Origin: Candidatus Kuenenia stuttgartensis
GTDB taxonomy: Bacteria; Planctomycetota; Planctomycetia; Planctomycetales; Planctomycetaceae
Direction of reading: 5' to 3'
DNA length: 64,000 nt
NCBI GenBank assembly: GCA_945906725.1
Contig: CAMDRI010000003.1
Span: 2,436 to 66,435 of the forward strand
Shown: in pieces, positions 45,818 to 55,851 of the stretch
Layout of the letters: every line of letters starts with the position of its first letter
Numbering within the stretch: position 1 is the stretch's first letter
The notes under the pieces: generated by a model
The model's database searches: none
Seen by the model: only the letters and a program-made list of their open reading frames with translations
Told to the model about the DNA's origin: nothing
Translations under genes and position numbers: made by a program

Positions 45818-46132
45818 ATGGCCAAAGCGGCTGCCAAAGCTCCGTCCAAATCCGAAATCTTTACCAACGTCTCTGAGGCGACTGGCCTCAACAAGAAGCA
45901 AGTGGCGTCTGTGTTCGACGCGCTGGCTGCAGAAGTCGGCAAGGCGTTGGGCAAGAAGGGACCAGGAGTCTTCGCGATTCCGGGCCTGTGCAAAATCGTT
46001 CGCAAGAACAAGCCGGCTCAACCCGCTCGCAAGGGTGTCATGGTGCTCGGCCAATTGCGTGACCTGCCGGCGAAGGCCGCCAGCGTCGCAGTTCGCGTTC
46101 GCCCGCTCAAGGCGTTGAAGGACATGGTGTAG
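45818..46132 (+). CDS. HU/IHF-family DNA-binding protein (104 aa)
   Basis: Trimmed to ATG 45818, with GGAGGG upstream. The sequence is MAKAAAKAPSKSEIFTNVSEATGLNKKQVASVFDALAAEVGKALGKKG...FAIPGLCKIVRKNKPA, i.e. an HU fold with an arm region. Confidence 0.85.
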   Translation: MAKAAAKAPSKSEIFTNVSEATGLNKKQVASVFDALAAEVGKALGKKGPGVFAIPGLCKIVRKNKPAQPARKGVMVLGQLRDLPAKAASVAVRVRPLKALKDMV

Positions 46133-46162
46133 TTGATTGCTTTGACACTCAACGATCCACGA

Positions 46163-46196
46163 AAGCCCGGCTGCGAAAGCAGACCGGGCTTTTTTG
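46163..46196 (+). terminator. intrinsic terminator after the HU gene
   Basis: The read is AAGCCCGGCTGC-GAAA-GCAGACCGGGCTTTTTTG. Confidence 0.8.
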
Positions 46197-46235
46197 TTAG
46201 GCAAGCGTAATCCCTGACTGCGGCCACGTTGCGGG

Positions 46236-46312
46236 CCTTCTCCCTTTGGGAGAAGGTGGCCGAAGGCCGGATGAGGATTTCTTGAACTGTCGGCTCCCTC
46301 ACCCCGAGGGAG
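46236..46312. repeat. hairpin-rich repeat PE-2, short copy
   Basis: ccttctccc-ttt-gggagaagg forms a perfect 9-bp stem. tggccgaaggccggatgagga follows, then ctccctc-acccc-gagggag. It lies between the HU terminator and the scpB stop. Confidence 0.6.
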
Positions 46313-46329
46313 AATTACGGAGCATCGAC

Positions 46330-47046
46330 CTACGCCGCGTTCGTCATCTCTTCCGCGATGGAATTTCGTGGACGGCGCAAGCGGTCGGCCATCGGCAGAT
46401 CACCGAGCGATTGCAGGCCATACAGTTCCAAAAACTTTCGCGTCGTCTCGTACAAGAATGGGCGACCGAGCGAATCGTCTTCGCCGGCAATGCGGATCAG
46501 TTCCCGCTCGATCAACTGCTTGAGCATTTCGGACGACTGGACTCCGCGAACCGCTTCGAGGTCGGCTCGGGTCAGCGGCTGCCGGTAGGCGACGATCGCC
46601 AGCGTTTCGAGCATCGGCGGGGTCAACTTGAAAGCCGCCTGCCGCTGGTGCAGTTTGTCGAGCCAGAAGACAACCTCTCGCCGAGTCAGCAATCGCAAAC
46701 CGGTTGCGACACGCTCGACTCGGAACGTCGAACCACTGGCGTCGTAAGCCAGGTTCAGCCGGTCGATCAGTTGTTGAGCCTCTTCCACGTCGGCCAAGGT
46801 TGCGAGTTGCACCAGCCGTTTGATCGGCAGCGGTTCGTCGGCGACAAACAAAACGGCTTCTAGCCGGGCCATCTTTGGCGTGCGTCGACGCGCATCGGTG
46901 GGAAGTTTCGCCGTCGAACTGTGAAGGCTTCTCGTTGCGAAGAAATTCCACCGGAAGCCAGCCGCTGTTGAGGAACGTGCTGAGATCCCAGCGAGCCCGG
47001 ACATGACGGACAGATCGCGAGTCGGACTCGTACTCATGAGAAACAT
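46330..47046 (-). CDS. scpB: segregation and condensation protein B (238 aa with N-terminal extension)
   Basis: The ScpB core is LEAVLFVADEPLPIKRLVQL...LAYDASGSTFRVERVATGLRLLT...LTPPMLETLAIVAYRQPLTRADLEAVRGV...GRPFLYETTRKFLELYGL. The chosen start is ATG 47046, with GAGG 5 nt upstream. ATG 46872 (MARLEAV) is an alternative. Confidence 0.85.
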   Translation of the reverse strand: MFLMSTSPTRDLSVMSGLAGISARSSTAAGFRWNFFATRSLHSSTAKLPTDARRRTPKMARLEAVLFVADEPLPIKRLVQLATLADVEEAQQLIDRLNLAYDASGSTFRVERVATGLRLLTRREVVFWLDKLHQRQAAFKLTPPMLETLAIVAYRQPLTRADLEAVRGVQSSEMLKQLIERELIRIAGEDDSLGRPFLYETTRKFLELYGLQSLGDLPMADRLRRPRNSIAEEMTNAA

Positions 47047-47057
47047 GGTGGCCTCAA

Positions 47058-47882
47058 TCAGCGTCGTGTCGACCACTCGTCGATTTGCCGCAGCACAGCC
47101 TGGACCGCGAGCAACGGTTCGGCGGCTTCGGCTTCAAAGCGGCGTGTGACGCGAGCGTCGCGGTGCGGAGTGAACTCGCACGCGAAATAGAATTCACCCG
47201 GTTGACTGCCCGGCTCCAGACGGAACTCTTGAATGCCGAGTTCGTTCAGACGGCGCACCGCCTCACGCCACGTCAGGCCCTTGTCCGATCGTTCCGAGTT
47301 GGCAGCGAAAACTACGGCTGGCGCATGTTTCGCGCCCGGCTCGCCTAGCGGCCGAGAGATCGTCGAACGAGTTCGGTTTCGCGGCTCGGACGGATTGGTG
47401 ACGGCGACGGAATTCCCAAACAGATCCTCCAACCGTTGATCCGCTGCTGCAGCCGGCTCTTGCGAAGTACTTTTCGTCAACCAAGTTTCGGCGTTGAGCG
47501 AAGTCTCGACGAACTTCGTCTCAGGTCCGCGCGATTCGACGTCATGAATTTGACGGCTGTCGCGACGAGGACGCTCCACCGGACGAAAGATGTCTAGCAG
47601 CGGCTGCTCACCACGCGAACTGGAATCTCGCAGGGAGGATTCCGCCACAATCGTGGTCGGCGACGCAGACTCACCGACACCGGGTTTGGGTCGAGTTCCC
47701 ACAGGCGGAGTTATCGCATCATTGACGGACGACGCGATCACCGGAACGAATTGCGGAACTCCAAACATCGCCATCAGCGGGACGCCGAGTAGCGGGACCA
47801 TGAACATCAACGTGGACATTGAATTGCCAGTTCGAGAGCGCATCCTTGCGAATCTCCCTGTTCCCGGACCAACTGATTTCAA
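47058..47882 (-). CDS. membrane-anchored hypothetical protein (up to 274 aa)
   Basis: One N-terminal helix (MSTLMFMVPLLGVPLMAMFGVPQFVPVIA) is followed by a long Ser/Pro/Arg-rich linker and a compact C-terminal domain (GLTWREAVRRLNELGIQEFRLEP...). The start may be ATG 47819. No family recognised. Confidence 0.6.
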   Translation of the reverse strand: MKSVGPGTGRFARMRSRTGNSMSTLMFMVPLLGVPLMAMFGVPQFVPVIASSVNDAITPPVGTRPKPGVGESASPTTIVAESSLRDSSSRGEQPLLDIFRPVERPRRDSRQIHDVESRGPETKFVETSLNAETWLTKSTSQEPAAAADQRLEDLFGNSVAVTNPSEPRNRTRSTISRPLGEPGAKHAPAVVFAANSERSDKGLTWREAVRRLNELGIQEFRLEPGSQPGEFYFACEFTPHRDARVTRRFEAEAAEPLLAVQAVLRQIDEWSTRR

Positions 47883-48276
47883 ACCTCACATCTTGCGAGG
47901 CCGACGCGAGGCCGGAATGTAGGCCGACTCGCGAGAACACCTCAACGGCAGTTTTCGCCGATTTAGCCTGTCGGGGTCAGTCCTTCGCGAGTACAAGGCT
48001 CCGCGAGACCTTTCGGGTCGCAGCGTGGACAACGCTCGTGGGTCTGCGGACGCGGGTCATTCCGGTTTCTTGAGGCTTGGCCGGTAAAGTGAATCGCCTG
48101 CCCGTCCCGATACGAACTGCGATGAAACGGGATTCGGCACTGTCGCCGAGCCGCGTCGTGGCTGCCAGTCGGAGACTTGTGCTCGAGACGTCGCTCACTT
48201 GCATCCGCCCCGCGCCGAGTTGCCCTCCTGGAGGAGAGCAATCCGCCCGCTGTTTTTCCGAAGGAGTTGAAGCTCT

Positions 48277-49098
48277 ATGAGCCTGAAATCTATGAATCAA
48301 GGTCGTCGTTCTTTTCTGAAGCAGTCCGTCGCAGTCTCCTCTGGCTTGCTGTTGCCAAGTTGGGTGATCGCGGACGACGTCCCCAAGACGGCGAAAAGCA
48401 ACAATGCCACCAGCGGTGAGACCCACAAACTCGGAGCCGCAATCAAGTTCGCCAAGGATGTCCAGGAGACACTGAAAAAAGCGAAAGACTACGAGGCGAC
48501 GTTCACCAAAAAAGAAGTCGTGGGCAAGAAGCTGATTCAGACCGAGATGTACATCAAGTTCCGCGAACAGCCCTTCAGCGTCTACCTCAAGTTTCTCAAC
48601 CCGCATGGCGGCCGTGAAGTGATTTACGTCGCTGGCAAAAACAAAGATAAATTGTTGGCTCATGGCGAGGGGATCACCTCCATCGTCGGAACCATCACGC
48701 TGAAGCCGGACAGCAAAGACGCGATGGACGACAATCGCTATCCGATCACGATGTTCGGCATGTCGAAGTTGGTCGCGACGCTGGTGCAGCAGTGGGAGGC
48801 GGGCGAGAAACACGACGATTGTGTCGTGAAATTCTTCCCGAACGCGAAGCTCGACAAAACCGAGTGCAAAGTGGTCGAAACGACCTATTCGAAGCAAGTT
48901 CCGCACGCTCCGTTCCATTTGACGCGAATGTACATCGCAAAGGACTCCGGACTTCCGGTGCGTGTTGAGCAATTCGGCTTCCCTGCCAAAGGTGCCCAAC
49001 CACCGATCATCGAGGAGTACACGTACTCGAACATCAAGGTCAACGTGGGCCTCGCAGACCTCGATTTTGATACGGACAATAAAGCCTACGGCTTCTAA
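48277..49098 (+). CDS. DUF1571 domain protein (LolA-like fold family), Tat-type signal, 273 aa
   Basis: AAGGAG lies upstream of ATG 48277. The signal is GRRSFLKQSVAVSSGLLL. The motifs YEATFTKKEVVGKKLIQTEMYIKFREQPFSVYLKF...GREVIYVAGKNKDKLLAH fit DUF1571. Confidence 0.8.
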   Translation: MSLKSMNQGRRSFLKQSVAVSSGLLLPSWVIADDVPKTAKSNNATSGETHKLGAAIKFAKDVQETLKKAKDYEATFTKKEVVGKKLIQTEMYIKFREQPFSVYLKFLNPHGGREVIYVAGKNKDKLLAHGEGITSIVGTITLKPDSKDAMDDNRYPITMFGMSKLVATLVQQWEAGEKHDDCVVKFFPNAKLDKTECKVVETTYSKQVPHAPFHLTRMYIAKDSGLPVRVEQFGFPAKGAQPPIIEEYTYSNIKVNVGLADLDFDTDNKAYGF

Positions 49099-49127
49099 CG
49101 CTGGCAAGCCTGCTGACGAAACGTCCA

Positions 49128-49158
49128 AGCCCGATGAGTCTCGCTCATCGGGCTTTTT
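49128..49158 (+). terminator. intrinsic terminator after the DUF1571 gene
   Basis: The read is AGCCCGATGAG-TCTCG-CTCATCGGGCT followed by TTTT. Confidence 0.8.
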
Positions 49159-49191
49159 CGTTGACCGTCCGACCATCGAGTCGCCACCGAT

Positions 49192-49827
49192 GTGTCACTA
49201 AACTTCATGTCCTTCAACCTGTCCCACGAATTCCGGCGGACACCCCGGCTTCGCCGACACTTCAAATCGGAAACGACCGTGACCCGCATCTTTTTGACAC
49301 TCGCATCGGTGAGCACGCTGTTGTTGCTGACGGTTTTCGCTCTTGGCCTAAACATCGACGACCCGAAATTGATCGAGTCAATGAGCCTCAAGCGTTGGCA
49401 CTTGGGATTAGCGATCGGTGGATTGATTTCCGCCACGCTGGTTCATGCGCTCGTTCTGACCTACTTCATGGGAACCGGACGTTGGGTGGAGGACGTCAGC
49501 AAAGCCTATCAACTGGAGGATTACTGGCGGCGAGAAAGTCAGCGGCTCAAATACCGCGTTCTGCCGGCCATGTCAGGTTGTTTCTTGCTGCTGTTAGTGA
49601 CGGTTGGCTTTGGAGCTGCCGCCGATCCTGGATCGGGGATGAAGTTTGAAGGTTTTGGCGGACTCTCTGCCGGGACGTGTCACTTGCTCATCGCGCTCAC
49701 GACCCTCTTCTGCAACTTCTTCGCGAACGTCCGCGAATTTCAGTCGATCGATCGCAACGGCCAACTCGTCAACGAGGTCGTCGCCACGGTCCGCGAGATT
49801 CGGATCGCTCGCGGCTTGCCCGTGTGA
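49192..49827 (+). CDS. four-helix membrane protein, hypothetical (211 aa from GTG 49192; 206 aa from ATG 49207)
   Basis: Four clear hydrophobic helices and normal codon bias. It lies directly upstream of fadI on the same strand. Confidence 0.65.
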   Translation: MSLNFMSFNLSHEFRRTPRLRRHFKSETTVTRIFLTLASVSTLLLLTVFALGLNIDDPKLIESMSLKRWHLGLAIGGLISATLVHALVLTYFMGTGRWVEDVSKAYQLEDYWRRESQRLKYRVLPAMSGCFLLLLVTVGFGAAADPGSGMKFEGFGGLSAGTCHLLIALTTLFCNFFANVREFQSIDRNGQLVNEVVATVREIRIARGLPV

Positions 49828-49898
49828 TACGCGACGGGCTACACCTCACGTGCGAGCCTCGGAGTGGCTCGTCACTTCTTTCTGCCAGCGAGGGCATC

Positions 49899-51194
49899 AT
49901 GCCAGAAGCGGTGATCGTCGGAGGCATCCGGACTCCGTTCGTGAAAGCCGGAGCCGCGTTCAATCAGCTTCCGGCTCAGGAGTTGGGCCGCTTGGCTGTG
50001 CGCGAGTTGCTGGACCGAGCCAACCTCGATCCTGCTCGTGTCGATGAGCTGATCTGCGGCAACGTTGCCAGCCCCGTCGATGCCGCGAATGTCGCACGAG
50101 TCATCTCACTGCGAGCCGGTATTCCGCGAGACAAGATTGCTCACACCGTCAGCCGCAATTGTGCCAGCGGCTTCGAGTGCGTGACGCAGGCATGTGACCG
50201 AGTCGTCTCCGGCCAAGCGAAATGTGTCGTCGCTGTCGGCGTCGATTCCATGAGCCATATCCCGCTCTTCTACCCGAAGAAATTCTCCGACAAGTTGCTG
50301 CGACTAAGTTCCGCGCGGTCGACCTGGCAGAAGCTCAAGGCTTTCGCCTCGTTTCGCCTGAGCGATCTGACTCCGCAAATCGGGATCAAGCTGGGACTGA
50401 CCGATCCGGTCACCGGCCTGATGATGGGAGACACGGCCGACAAGCTCGCCCGCGAGTTCAAGATCACTCGCGACGAACAGGATCAATTCTCGCTCCGCAG
50501 CCATCAACTCGCCGCTGCGGCCTGGCAGGAAAATCGGTTGGCTTCCGAGGTGATGACGGTCTACGTCGACGAGCGCGACGGCGGAGTCAAACCGATCTCG
50601 CAAGACGTCGGCTTCCGAACCGATCAGTCGCGCGAATCGCTGGCGAAGCTGAAGCCGTATTTCGATCGTCGTTGGGGGAGCGTGACGATTGGCAACTCGT
50701 GCCAAATCACCGACGGAGCCGCCGCGCTGTTGATTGTCGAAGCGAACACCGCTCGCGAATGGGGTCTGACACCGCTGGGCCGCATCCGCGATTACGCCTA
50801 CGCCGGCTGCGATCCGGCTCGCATGGGACTCGGCCCGGTGTTCGCTACCTCGCGAGTCTTGCAGCAAACGGGCCTCAAGCTGTCCGACATGCAGTTAGTG
50901 GAACTCAACGAAGCCTTCGCCGCGCAAGCGATCGCGTGTCTGCGCGGGTTCGAGTCACCTGCCGGGGCGTGTGCTGCCGCGGGTTGTGAAATGGCTCCGC
51001 TCGGCTCAATCGAATTCGACCGGCTCAACGTGAACGGCGGAGCGATCGCGCTGGGACATCCCGTCGGGGCAACCGGGACGCGATTGATCCTCACGCTGTT
51101 GCATGAACTTCGCCGCCGCAATCTGACTCATGGCTTGGCGACGCTCTGTATCGGCGGCGGGCAAGGCGGAGCGGTGGTGGTCGAAACGGAGTAG
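49899..51194 (+). CDS. fadI: 3-ketoacyl-CoA thiolase, FadI-type (431 aa)
   Basis: Trimmed to ATG 49899 (MPEAVIVGGIRTPFVKAGAAF). Features are the active-site SRNCASGFE, a FadI-specific insertion (KKFSDKLLRLSSARSTWQKLKAFASFRLSDLTP), NVNGGAIALGHPVGATG and CIGGGQG. The thiolase-first gene order matches fadIJ. Confidence 0.9.
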   Translation: MPEAVIVGGIRTPFVKAGAAFNQLPAQELGRLAVRELLDRANLDPARVDELICGNVASPVDAANVARVISLRAGIPRDKIAHTVSRNCASGFECVTQACDRVVSGQAKCVVAVGVDSMSHIPLFYPKKFSDKLLRLSSARSTWQKLKAFASFRLSDLTPQIGIKLGLTDPVTGLMMGDTADKLAREFKITRDEQDQFSLRSHQLAAAAWQENRLASEVMTVYVDERDGGVKPISQDVGFRTDQSRESLAKLKPYFDRRWGSVTIGNSCQITDGAAALLIVEANTAREWGLTPLGRIRDYAYAGCDPARMGLGPVFATSRVLQQTGLKLSDMQLVELNEAFAAQAIACLRGFESPAGACAAAGCEMAPLGSIEFDRLNVNGGAIALGHPVGATGTRLILTLLHELRRRNLTHGLATLCIGGGQGGAVVVETE

Positions 51195-51221
51195 TCGCAC
51201 GAGGTCTCCAAGGAATTGACG

Positions 51222-53396
51222 ATGACAACCACAGTGGCCGAAGTCGGCAGCACAACGACAACTCTCCTGCCCAATGCCGTGATGTGGCACGCGGAACTCC
51301 TGGGCGGTGGCATTTTGAAAGTCCGCATCGACCGGCGCGACAAGTCCGCCAACGCGCTGTCGAAGGGGATGCTGGAGGAACTGGAACGGCTGATTGCCGA
51401 AATCCGGCGGGACGCGGCGGTGCGCGGCGTGATGTTTCTTAGCGGCAAGTCGGGGAGCTTCATCGTCGGTGCCGACGTGGCCGAGTTCAAAACGATGACT
51501 GGCGGGGCTGAAGCGATCGAGTTGTCCAAGCTCGGACAGCGCGTGTTCGAGTTGCTCGAAACGCTGCACGTGCCGACGGTCGCTTTGATTTCAGGAGCGT
51601 GTCTCGGCGGCGGTCTCGAGTTCGCGATGTCGTGTCGGTATCGCGTCGCGGACGATCATGCGAAATCGCTGCTCGGCCTGCCGGAAGTGAAGCTCGGGCT
51701 GATCCCGGGTTGGGGCGGAACAGTGCGATTGCCCAAGCTGGTGGGACTGATCGAGGCTCTACCGATGATCCTGACCGGCCGAGTGCTCAGCGGTCGGCAG
51801 GCTCGGTCGAAGGGACTCGTGCATGACATGGTGCCGGTCGAGGCGTTGCCGTTTGTTGGCGAAGACTTGCTGCGGGCGGTCATCAAATTGGGAACGGCCA
51901 GCACGCTCTTCAAGCGGCCGAAGCGATCGCTGGTGGCTCGGCTTACGGAGTCGATTCCGCCTCTGCGAAATCTCGCGTTCCGCAAAGCCGAAGGCAAAGT
52001 GCGGCACGAGACGAAAGGCAATTATCCGGCTCCACTCGCGGCCATCGAAGTGTTGCGGGCTGGATTTCGGCAACCGCCGTCGATCGGCTTCGCGGCCGAA
52101 TCGGCGGCGATTGGACGACTCGCCGACGCACCAGTGACTCGCGAATGCTTGCGGCTGTTCTTCTTGCAGGAGGATGCGAAGAGGCCCGTCGAGTTGGCCG
52201 ACATCGCCACCAAGCCGATCAGCAATGCGGCTGTCCTCGGCGCGGGGGCGATGGGAGCCGGCATCGCGCTGCTGATGGCTCAGAAAGGAATTTGGACTCG
52301 GCTGAAGGACCTCAAGCCAGAGTTTCTGGCGAACGGGATCGCGACCGCTCGCAAATGGGTGAAGAGCGATGTGCAGCGTAAAAAGATGACGCCGCTTCAG
52401 GCCAGCGACGCGCTCGACCGCTTGCGCCCGACGACCGATTTCTCGGGGTTCAAACAGACGGACTTGGTGATTGAGGCGATTGTCGAATCACTGCCGATCA
52501 AGCAGCAGGTGTTCCGCGAACTTGCGGAGGCGACCTCGCCGACGACCGTGCTCGCGACGAACACCAGCTCGCTTCTCGTCACCGAGATCGCCGACGGCGT
52601 GCCGCACCCAGAACGAGTTGTCGGCCTGCACTTCTTCAATCCGCCGTTACAGATGCCGTTGGTCGAAGTGATTCGCACCGATCAAACCAGTCCCGTCGCG
52701 CTGGCCACGGCATTCGCGCTGACGCAACGGCTCGGCAAGACGGCGGTGATCGTGAAGGACTGCCCCGGCTTTTTGGTCAATCGCTTACTCGCACCGTACA
52801 TGAATGAAGCCGGTTGGCTGTTGCTGGAGGTCTCCGACCCTCTGGAGATCGAAAACGCCGCTGTCGCGTTCGGTCTGCCAATGGGTCCGCTCGAACTCAC
52901 CGACTTGGTCGGATTGCAGGTCGCTCAACACGTCGCTGCGAACATGCACGCGGCCTACGGAGATCGAATGCTGCCGGCTCCGTTGTGGGCCGCACTCAAG
53001 GAGCTAGCCGCTAACGATCCGAAGGCTGCGAAGTCGCTGCTCATCGGAAAAGGCTCGAAGAAAAAACTGAATCCGGCCGTTCGCCGAGCCATCGACAAGG
53101 TGCGGCAGTCTGGCACGTACTCGGTCCCCGGCGGGACACCGACATGCGAGGAACTGACTCAGAGAATGATCTTTCCAATCGTCAACGAGGCCGCGCGATG
53201 TCTCGCTGAAGGCATCGTCTCGAAGCCGGAAGACATTGATCTCGCGATGGTTTTCGGCACCGGCTTCGCCCCCTTCCGGGGCGGCCCCATGCGTTACGCC
53301 GAGAGCCTCGGCTTCGCAAAAATTGTCGAGATTCTGGAGAAACTTGCCAACGGACGTCCGCGATTGTCACCGTCGGAGGCACTGAAGCGGCTTTGA
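51222..53396 (+). CDS. fadJ: multifunctional enoyl-CoA hydratase / 3-hydroxyacyl-CoA dehydrogenase (724 aa)
   Basis: ATG 51222 has AAGGA 7 nt upstream. The crotonase part is FIVGADV...[16 protein letters not shown]. The NAD-binding part is [17 protein letters not shown] motifs follow. Confidence 0.92.
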   Translation: MTTTVAEVGSTTTTLLPNAVMWHAELLGGGILKVRIDRRDKSANALSKGMLEELERLIAEIRRDAAVRGVMFLSGKSGSFIVGADVAEFKTMTGGAEAIELSKLGQRVFELLETLHVPTVALISGACLGGGLEFAMSCRYRVADDHAKSLLGLPEVKLGLIPGWGGTVRLPKLVGLIEALPMILTGRVLSGRQARSKGLVHDMVPVEALPFVGEDLLRAVIKLGTASTLFKRPKRSLVARLTESIPPLRNLAFRKAEGKVRHETKGNYPAPLAAIEVLRAGFRQPPSIGFAAESAAIGRLADAPVTRECLRLFFLQEDAKRPVELADIATKPISNAAVLGAGAMGAGIALLMAQKGIWTRLKDLKPEFLANGIATARKWVKSDVQRKKMTPLQASDALDRLRPTTDFSGFKQTDLVIEAIVESLPIKQQVFRELAEATSPTTVLATNTSSLLVTEIADGVPHPERVVGLHFFNPPLQMPLVEVIRTDQTSPVALATAFALTQRLGKTAVIVKDCPGFLVNRLLAPYMNEAGWLLLEVSDPLEIENAAVAFGLPMGPLELTDLVGLQVAQHVAANMHAAYGDRMLPAPLWAALKELAANDPKAAKSLLIGKGSKKKLNPAVRRAIDKVRQSGTYSVPGGTPTCEELTQRMIFPIVNEAARCLAEGIVSKPEDIDLAMVFGTGFAPFRGGPMRYAESLGFAKIVEILEKLANGRPRLSPSEALKRL

Positions 53397-53485
53397 GAAC
53401 CAAACTTCTCTTTCGGTTTTCACAGCGGTCTGTCATTCTCCCGCCGCTTTCCTCACCCCATTACCCCGCCCCCCTGAGCCCTTCG

Positions 53486-54727
53486 ATGCCGTTCGGCTTT
53501 TTCCGTCGAGCCAAGAAACGAGTGACCGGAGTCGTCAAGCAGGCGATCATCCGGCACCACAAGAATTCAGGGGTCGTGCTGTTCTCCGACACGACACTGC
53601 GTGACGGCGAACAGATGCCGGGCGCGACACTCGACCCGGACGACAAACTGCGGATCGCACTGGCTCTCGAAGAGGCGGGAGTGCATTCGCTCGATGCCGG
53701 CTTTCCCGCGTCGTCACCAGCAGATGTCGAAGCGATTCGACGCATGGTCGGCGTCGTGAAAAAACCGGTGCTGACCGCGCTCTGCCGAACCATGCGCGGC
53801 GACGTGGATGCGGCCGACGAGGCTCTCGACGGCAACCCCACCAACAAACGCGGCGTCAGCTTGTTCTGCGGCACGAGTCCGCTGCATCGATTGCACAAGC
53901 TGCAAAAGTCGGAAGCGGAAGTTCTAAAGATCATCACCGACTCGGTTGCCTACGCCAGCGAGAGATTTGAGATCGTCGCTTTCAGTCCGGAAGACGCCAG
54001 TCGCACCGAACTGCCGTATCTCTGCCAGTGCTATCGCGAGGCAATCGATGCCGGCGCGACAACCATCGGCTTCCCGGACACGGTCGGCCTCCTGACGCCG
54101 GAGAAAGCTCGCGACTTCATTCGCACAATTCAGGACAACGTGCCGAACCTCAGCAAGGCGCTGCTGGCGGTTCACTTTCACAACGATTTGGGTCTCGCGG
54201 TCGCGAACACATTGGCTTGCGTCGCCGAGGGAGCAAACGTCGTGCAATGCACGATCAACGGCATCGGTGAGCGGGCTGGCAACGCTTCGCTTGAAGAAGT
54301 CGCGATCGCGCTCGCGCTGCATCCCGATCAGTACCGCGTCGAGTTCAAGCTCGACACGACGAAGTTGCATGCGCTCTGTCAGTTGGTCAGCGAGTTGACC
54401 AACTTGCCATTGGCGAGGAACAAGCCGGTCGGCGGCGAGAACATCTTCGCAACCGAAGCGGGTATCCATCAGGACGGACTCCTGAAAAACCCTGACACGT
54501 ACTTGCCATATCGTCCGGAAAAAGTCGGGGCGAGTGGACTCACGTTGGTCATCGGCCGCCACAGCGGCCGTCGTGCTGTCGCTCACCGATTGCATGAACT
54601 CGGCTTCGAGTTGTCCGAAGAACAGGTCTTAGTCGTCTTACAAGCCATCAAAGATGTCCCCAAGGATGCGCGGATTACTGACGAATTGCTGACTCAGTTC
54701 GCTGGTCGAGTCACAAGTTCGGTGTGA
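53486..54727 (+). CDS. 2-isopropylmalate/homocitrate/citramalate synthase family (HMGL-like) protein without LeuA regulatory domain (413 aa)
   Basis: Motifs are [28 protein letters not shown] and [17 protein letters not shown]. The start is ambiguous. ATG 53486 is chosen, but TTG 53393 overlaps the fadJ stop (TTTGA). Confidence 0.88.
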   Translation: MPFGFFRRAKKRVTGVVKQAIIRHHKNSGVVLFSDTTLRDGEQMPGATLDPDDKLRIALALEEAGVHSLDAGFPASSPADVEAIRRMVGVVKKPVLTALCRTMRGDVDAADEALDGNPTNKRGVSLFCGTSPLHRLHKLQKSEAEVLKIITDSVAYASERFEIVAFSPEDASRTELPYLCQCYREAIDAGATTIGFPDTVGLLTPEKARDFIRTIQDNVPNLSKALLAVHFHNDLGLAVANTLACVAEGANVVQCTINGIGERAGNASLEEVAIALALHPDQYRVEFKLDTTKLHALCQLVSELTNLPLARNKPVGGENIFATEAGIHQDGLLKNPDTYLPYRPEKVGASGLTLVIGRHSGRRAVAHRLHELGFELSEEQVLVVLQAIKDVPKDARITDELLTQFAGRVTSSV

Positions 54728-54802
54728 CGCGCAGGCCACACAGGCTTCGCGATCGGTCGGCGAAAATATGTTGTCCGATTTTGGCAATGGCTGATATTCT
54801 AC

Positions 54803-54834
54803 CGCCGCTGACTCGTCCGGCGTTGATTTTTTTT
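54803..54834 (+). terminator. weak terminator candidate after the synthase gene
   Basis: A 5-bp stem cgccg/cggcg with a 10-nt loop is followed by TTGATTTTTTTT. The stem is weak and the T-tract is strong. Confidence 0.35.
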
Positions 54835-54890
54835 GAGTACAAGTTTCCAGTACCGACCAAGTCAACAGGACTTTGACGGAGGGCTCGACG

Positions 54891-55835
54891 ATGGCTGCCG
54901 ATCTCGAAAGCCTCTGCAAAGCAGGCCGGCAATTGTTTCGACAAGGCAAACACGCCGAGGCAATTCAAGCATTCGATCAAGCCTTGCAGGCGCACCCCGA
55001 CCAGGCCGATGTGCATGATGCAATCGCCGCCGCCTATTTCGTCGTCAAACAATACGACAAGGCGATCGAACACTTCACACGTGTGACGCAACTCAAACCT
55101 AGGGACGCCAAGGCCTACATCAATCTTGGAGCCGTCTACAATCGCAAGGAAGAGTTTCAGAAAGCCGCCGACATCCTGAAACGGGCGCTCTTACGCGACG
55201 GAAAAGCGGTCGAGGGATACTACAACCTCGGTATCGCCTACCGCGGAATGAAGCAGCCGGCAATGGCGATCAACTCGTACAAAGAGGCGATCAAACTCAA
55301 TCCGCGCATGCTCGATGCGATGCAGAACTTGGGCAACACGTACTTGGAGATGAACAATCCCAAAGCGGCCATCGAGCAATACAAAAAAGCATTAGAGATC
55401 AATCCCGATTTTGAGCGTGCTAAACGGGGATTGGCCCGCGCCGAGGAAGCCATCAAACAGGCCAAGGAGAGCGTCAGCCCCTTTGGACGGCTGGTCGATC
55501 AGCACGCGACCAAGCAGGTGAACGTCGATGCGCGACTCAAGACAATGACCCCCGAAGAACGATCTCGAGATCGGCAAGCCATCCGTCGTCTGGCCGTCGA
55601 AACCCAAGCCGTTTCGCAGCAGTTACTCGAACACCTGCGCGACCATCTGCAAGACGATTTGACGCAACTGGATCGCGGAGTGCAGTTCAGTTTGCGGGAG
55701 ATTCACAAATCGATATTCGACGCCAACGAACGGTTTCTTACTTCCTTTGAGAATTTTCAAGACTTGCGAACTCAGTTGCAGCGATTGGCAAAAGAGCTTC
55801 GTTCCCATGAGGCCGCTTTGAAAGAAGCCAATTGA
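54891..55835 (+). CDS. tetratricopeptide repeat protein (314 aa)
   Basis: GGAGGG lies upstream of ATG 54891. There are five to six 34-residue TPR units (for example AKAYINLGAVYNRKEEFQKAADILKRAL and AMQNLGNTYLEMNNPKAAIEQYKKALEINP). A coiled-coil tail follows. Confidence 0.85.
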   Translation: MAADLESLCKAGRQLFRQGKHAEAIQAFDQALQAHPDQADVHDAIAAAYFVVKQYDKAIEHFTRVTQLKPRDAKAYINLGAVYNRKEEFQKAADILKRALLRDGKAVEGYYNLGIAYRGMKQPAMAINSYKEAIKLNPRMLDAMQNLGNTYLEMNNPKAAIEQYKKALEINPDFERAKRGLARAEEAIKQAKESVSPFGRLVDQHATKQVNVDARLKTMTPEERSRDRQAIRRLAVETQAVSQQLLEHLRDHLQDDLTQLDRGVQFSLREIHKSIFDANERFLTSFENFQDLRTQLQRLAKELRSHEAALKEAN

Positions 55836-55851
55836 CGCATCGAGTCCCGTG

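Noticed and set aside
47977-49176. 399-aa minus-strand ORF spanning the DUF1571 gene.
   Set aside because: It is antisense to a well-supported plus-strand gene that has a Tat signal, an RBS and a terminator. The product has no motifs and runs through that gene's terminator hairpin.
49380-49436. Sequence cctcaagcgttggcacttgggatt, whose antisense translation (NPKCQRLR) resembles the PE-1 pseudo-peptide.
   Set aside because: Nucleotide identity to the PE-1 arm is only partial and there is no complementary second arm. It lies inside a coherent membrane-protein CDS, so it looks coincidental.
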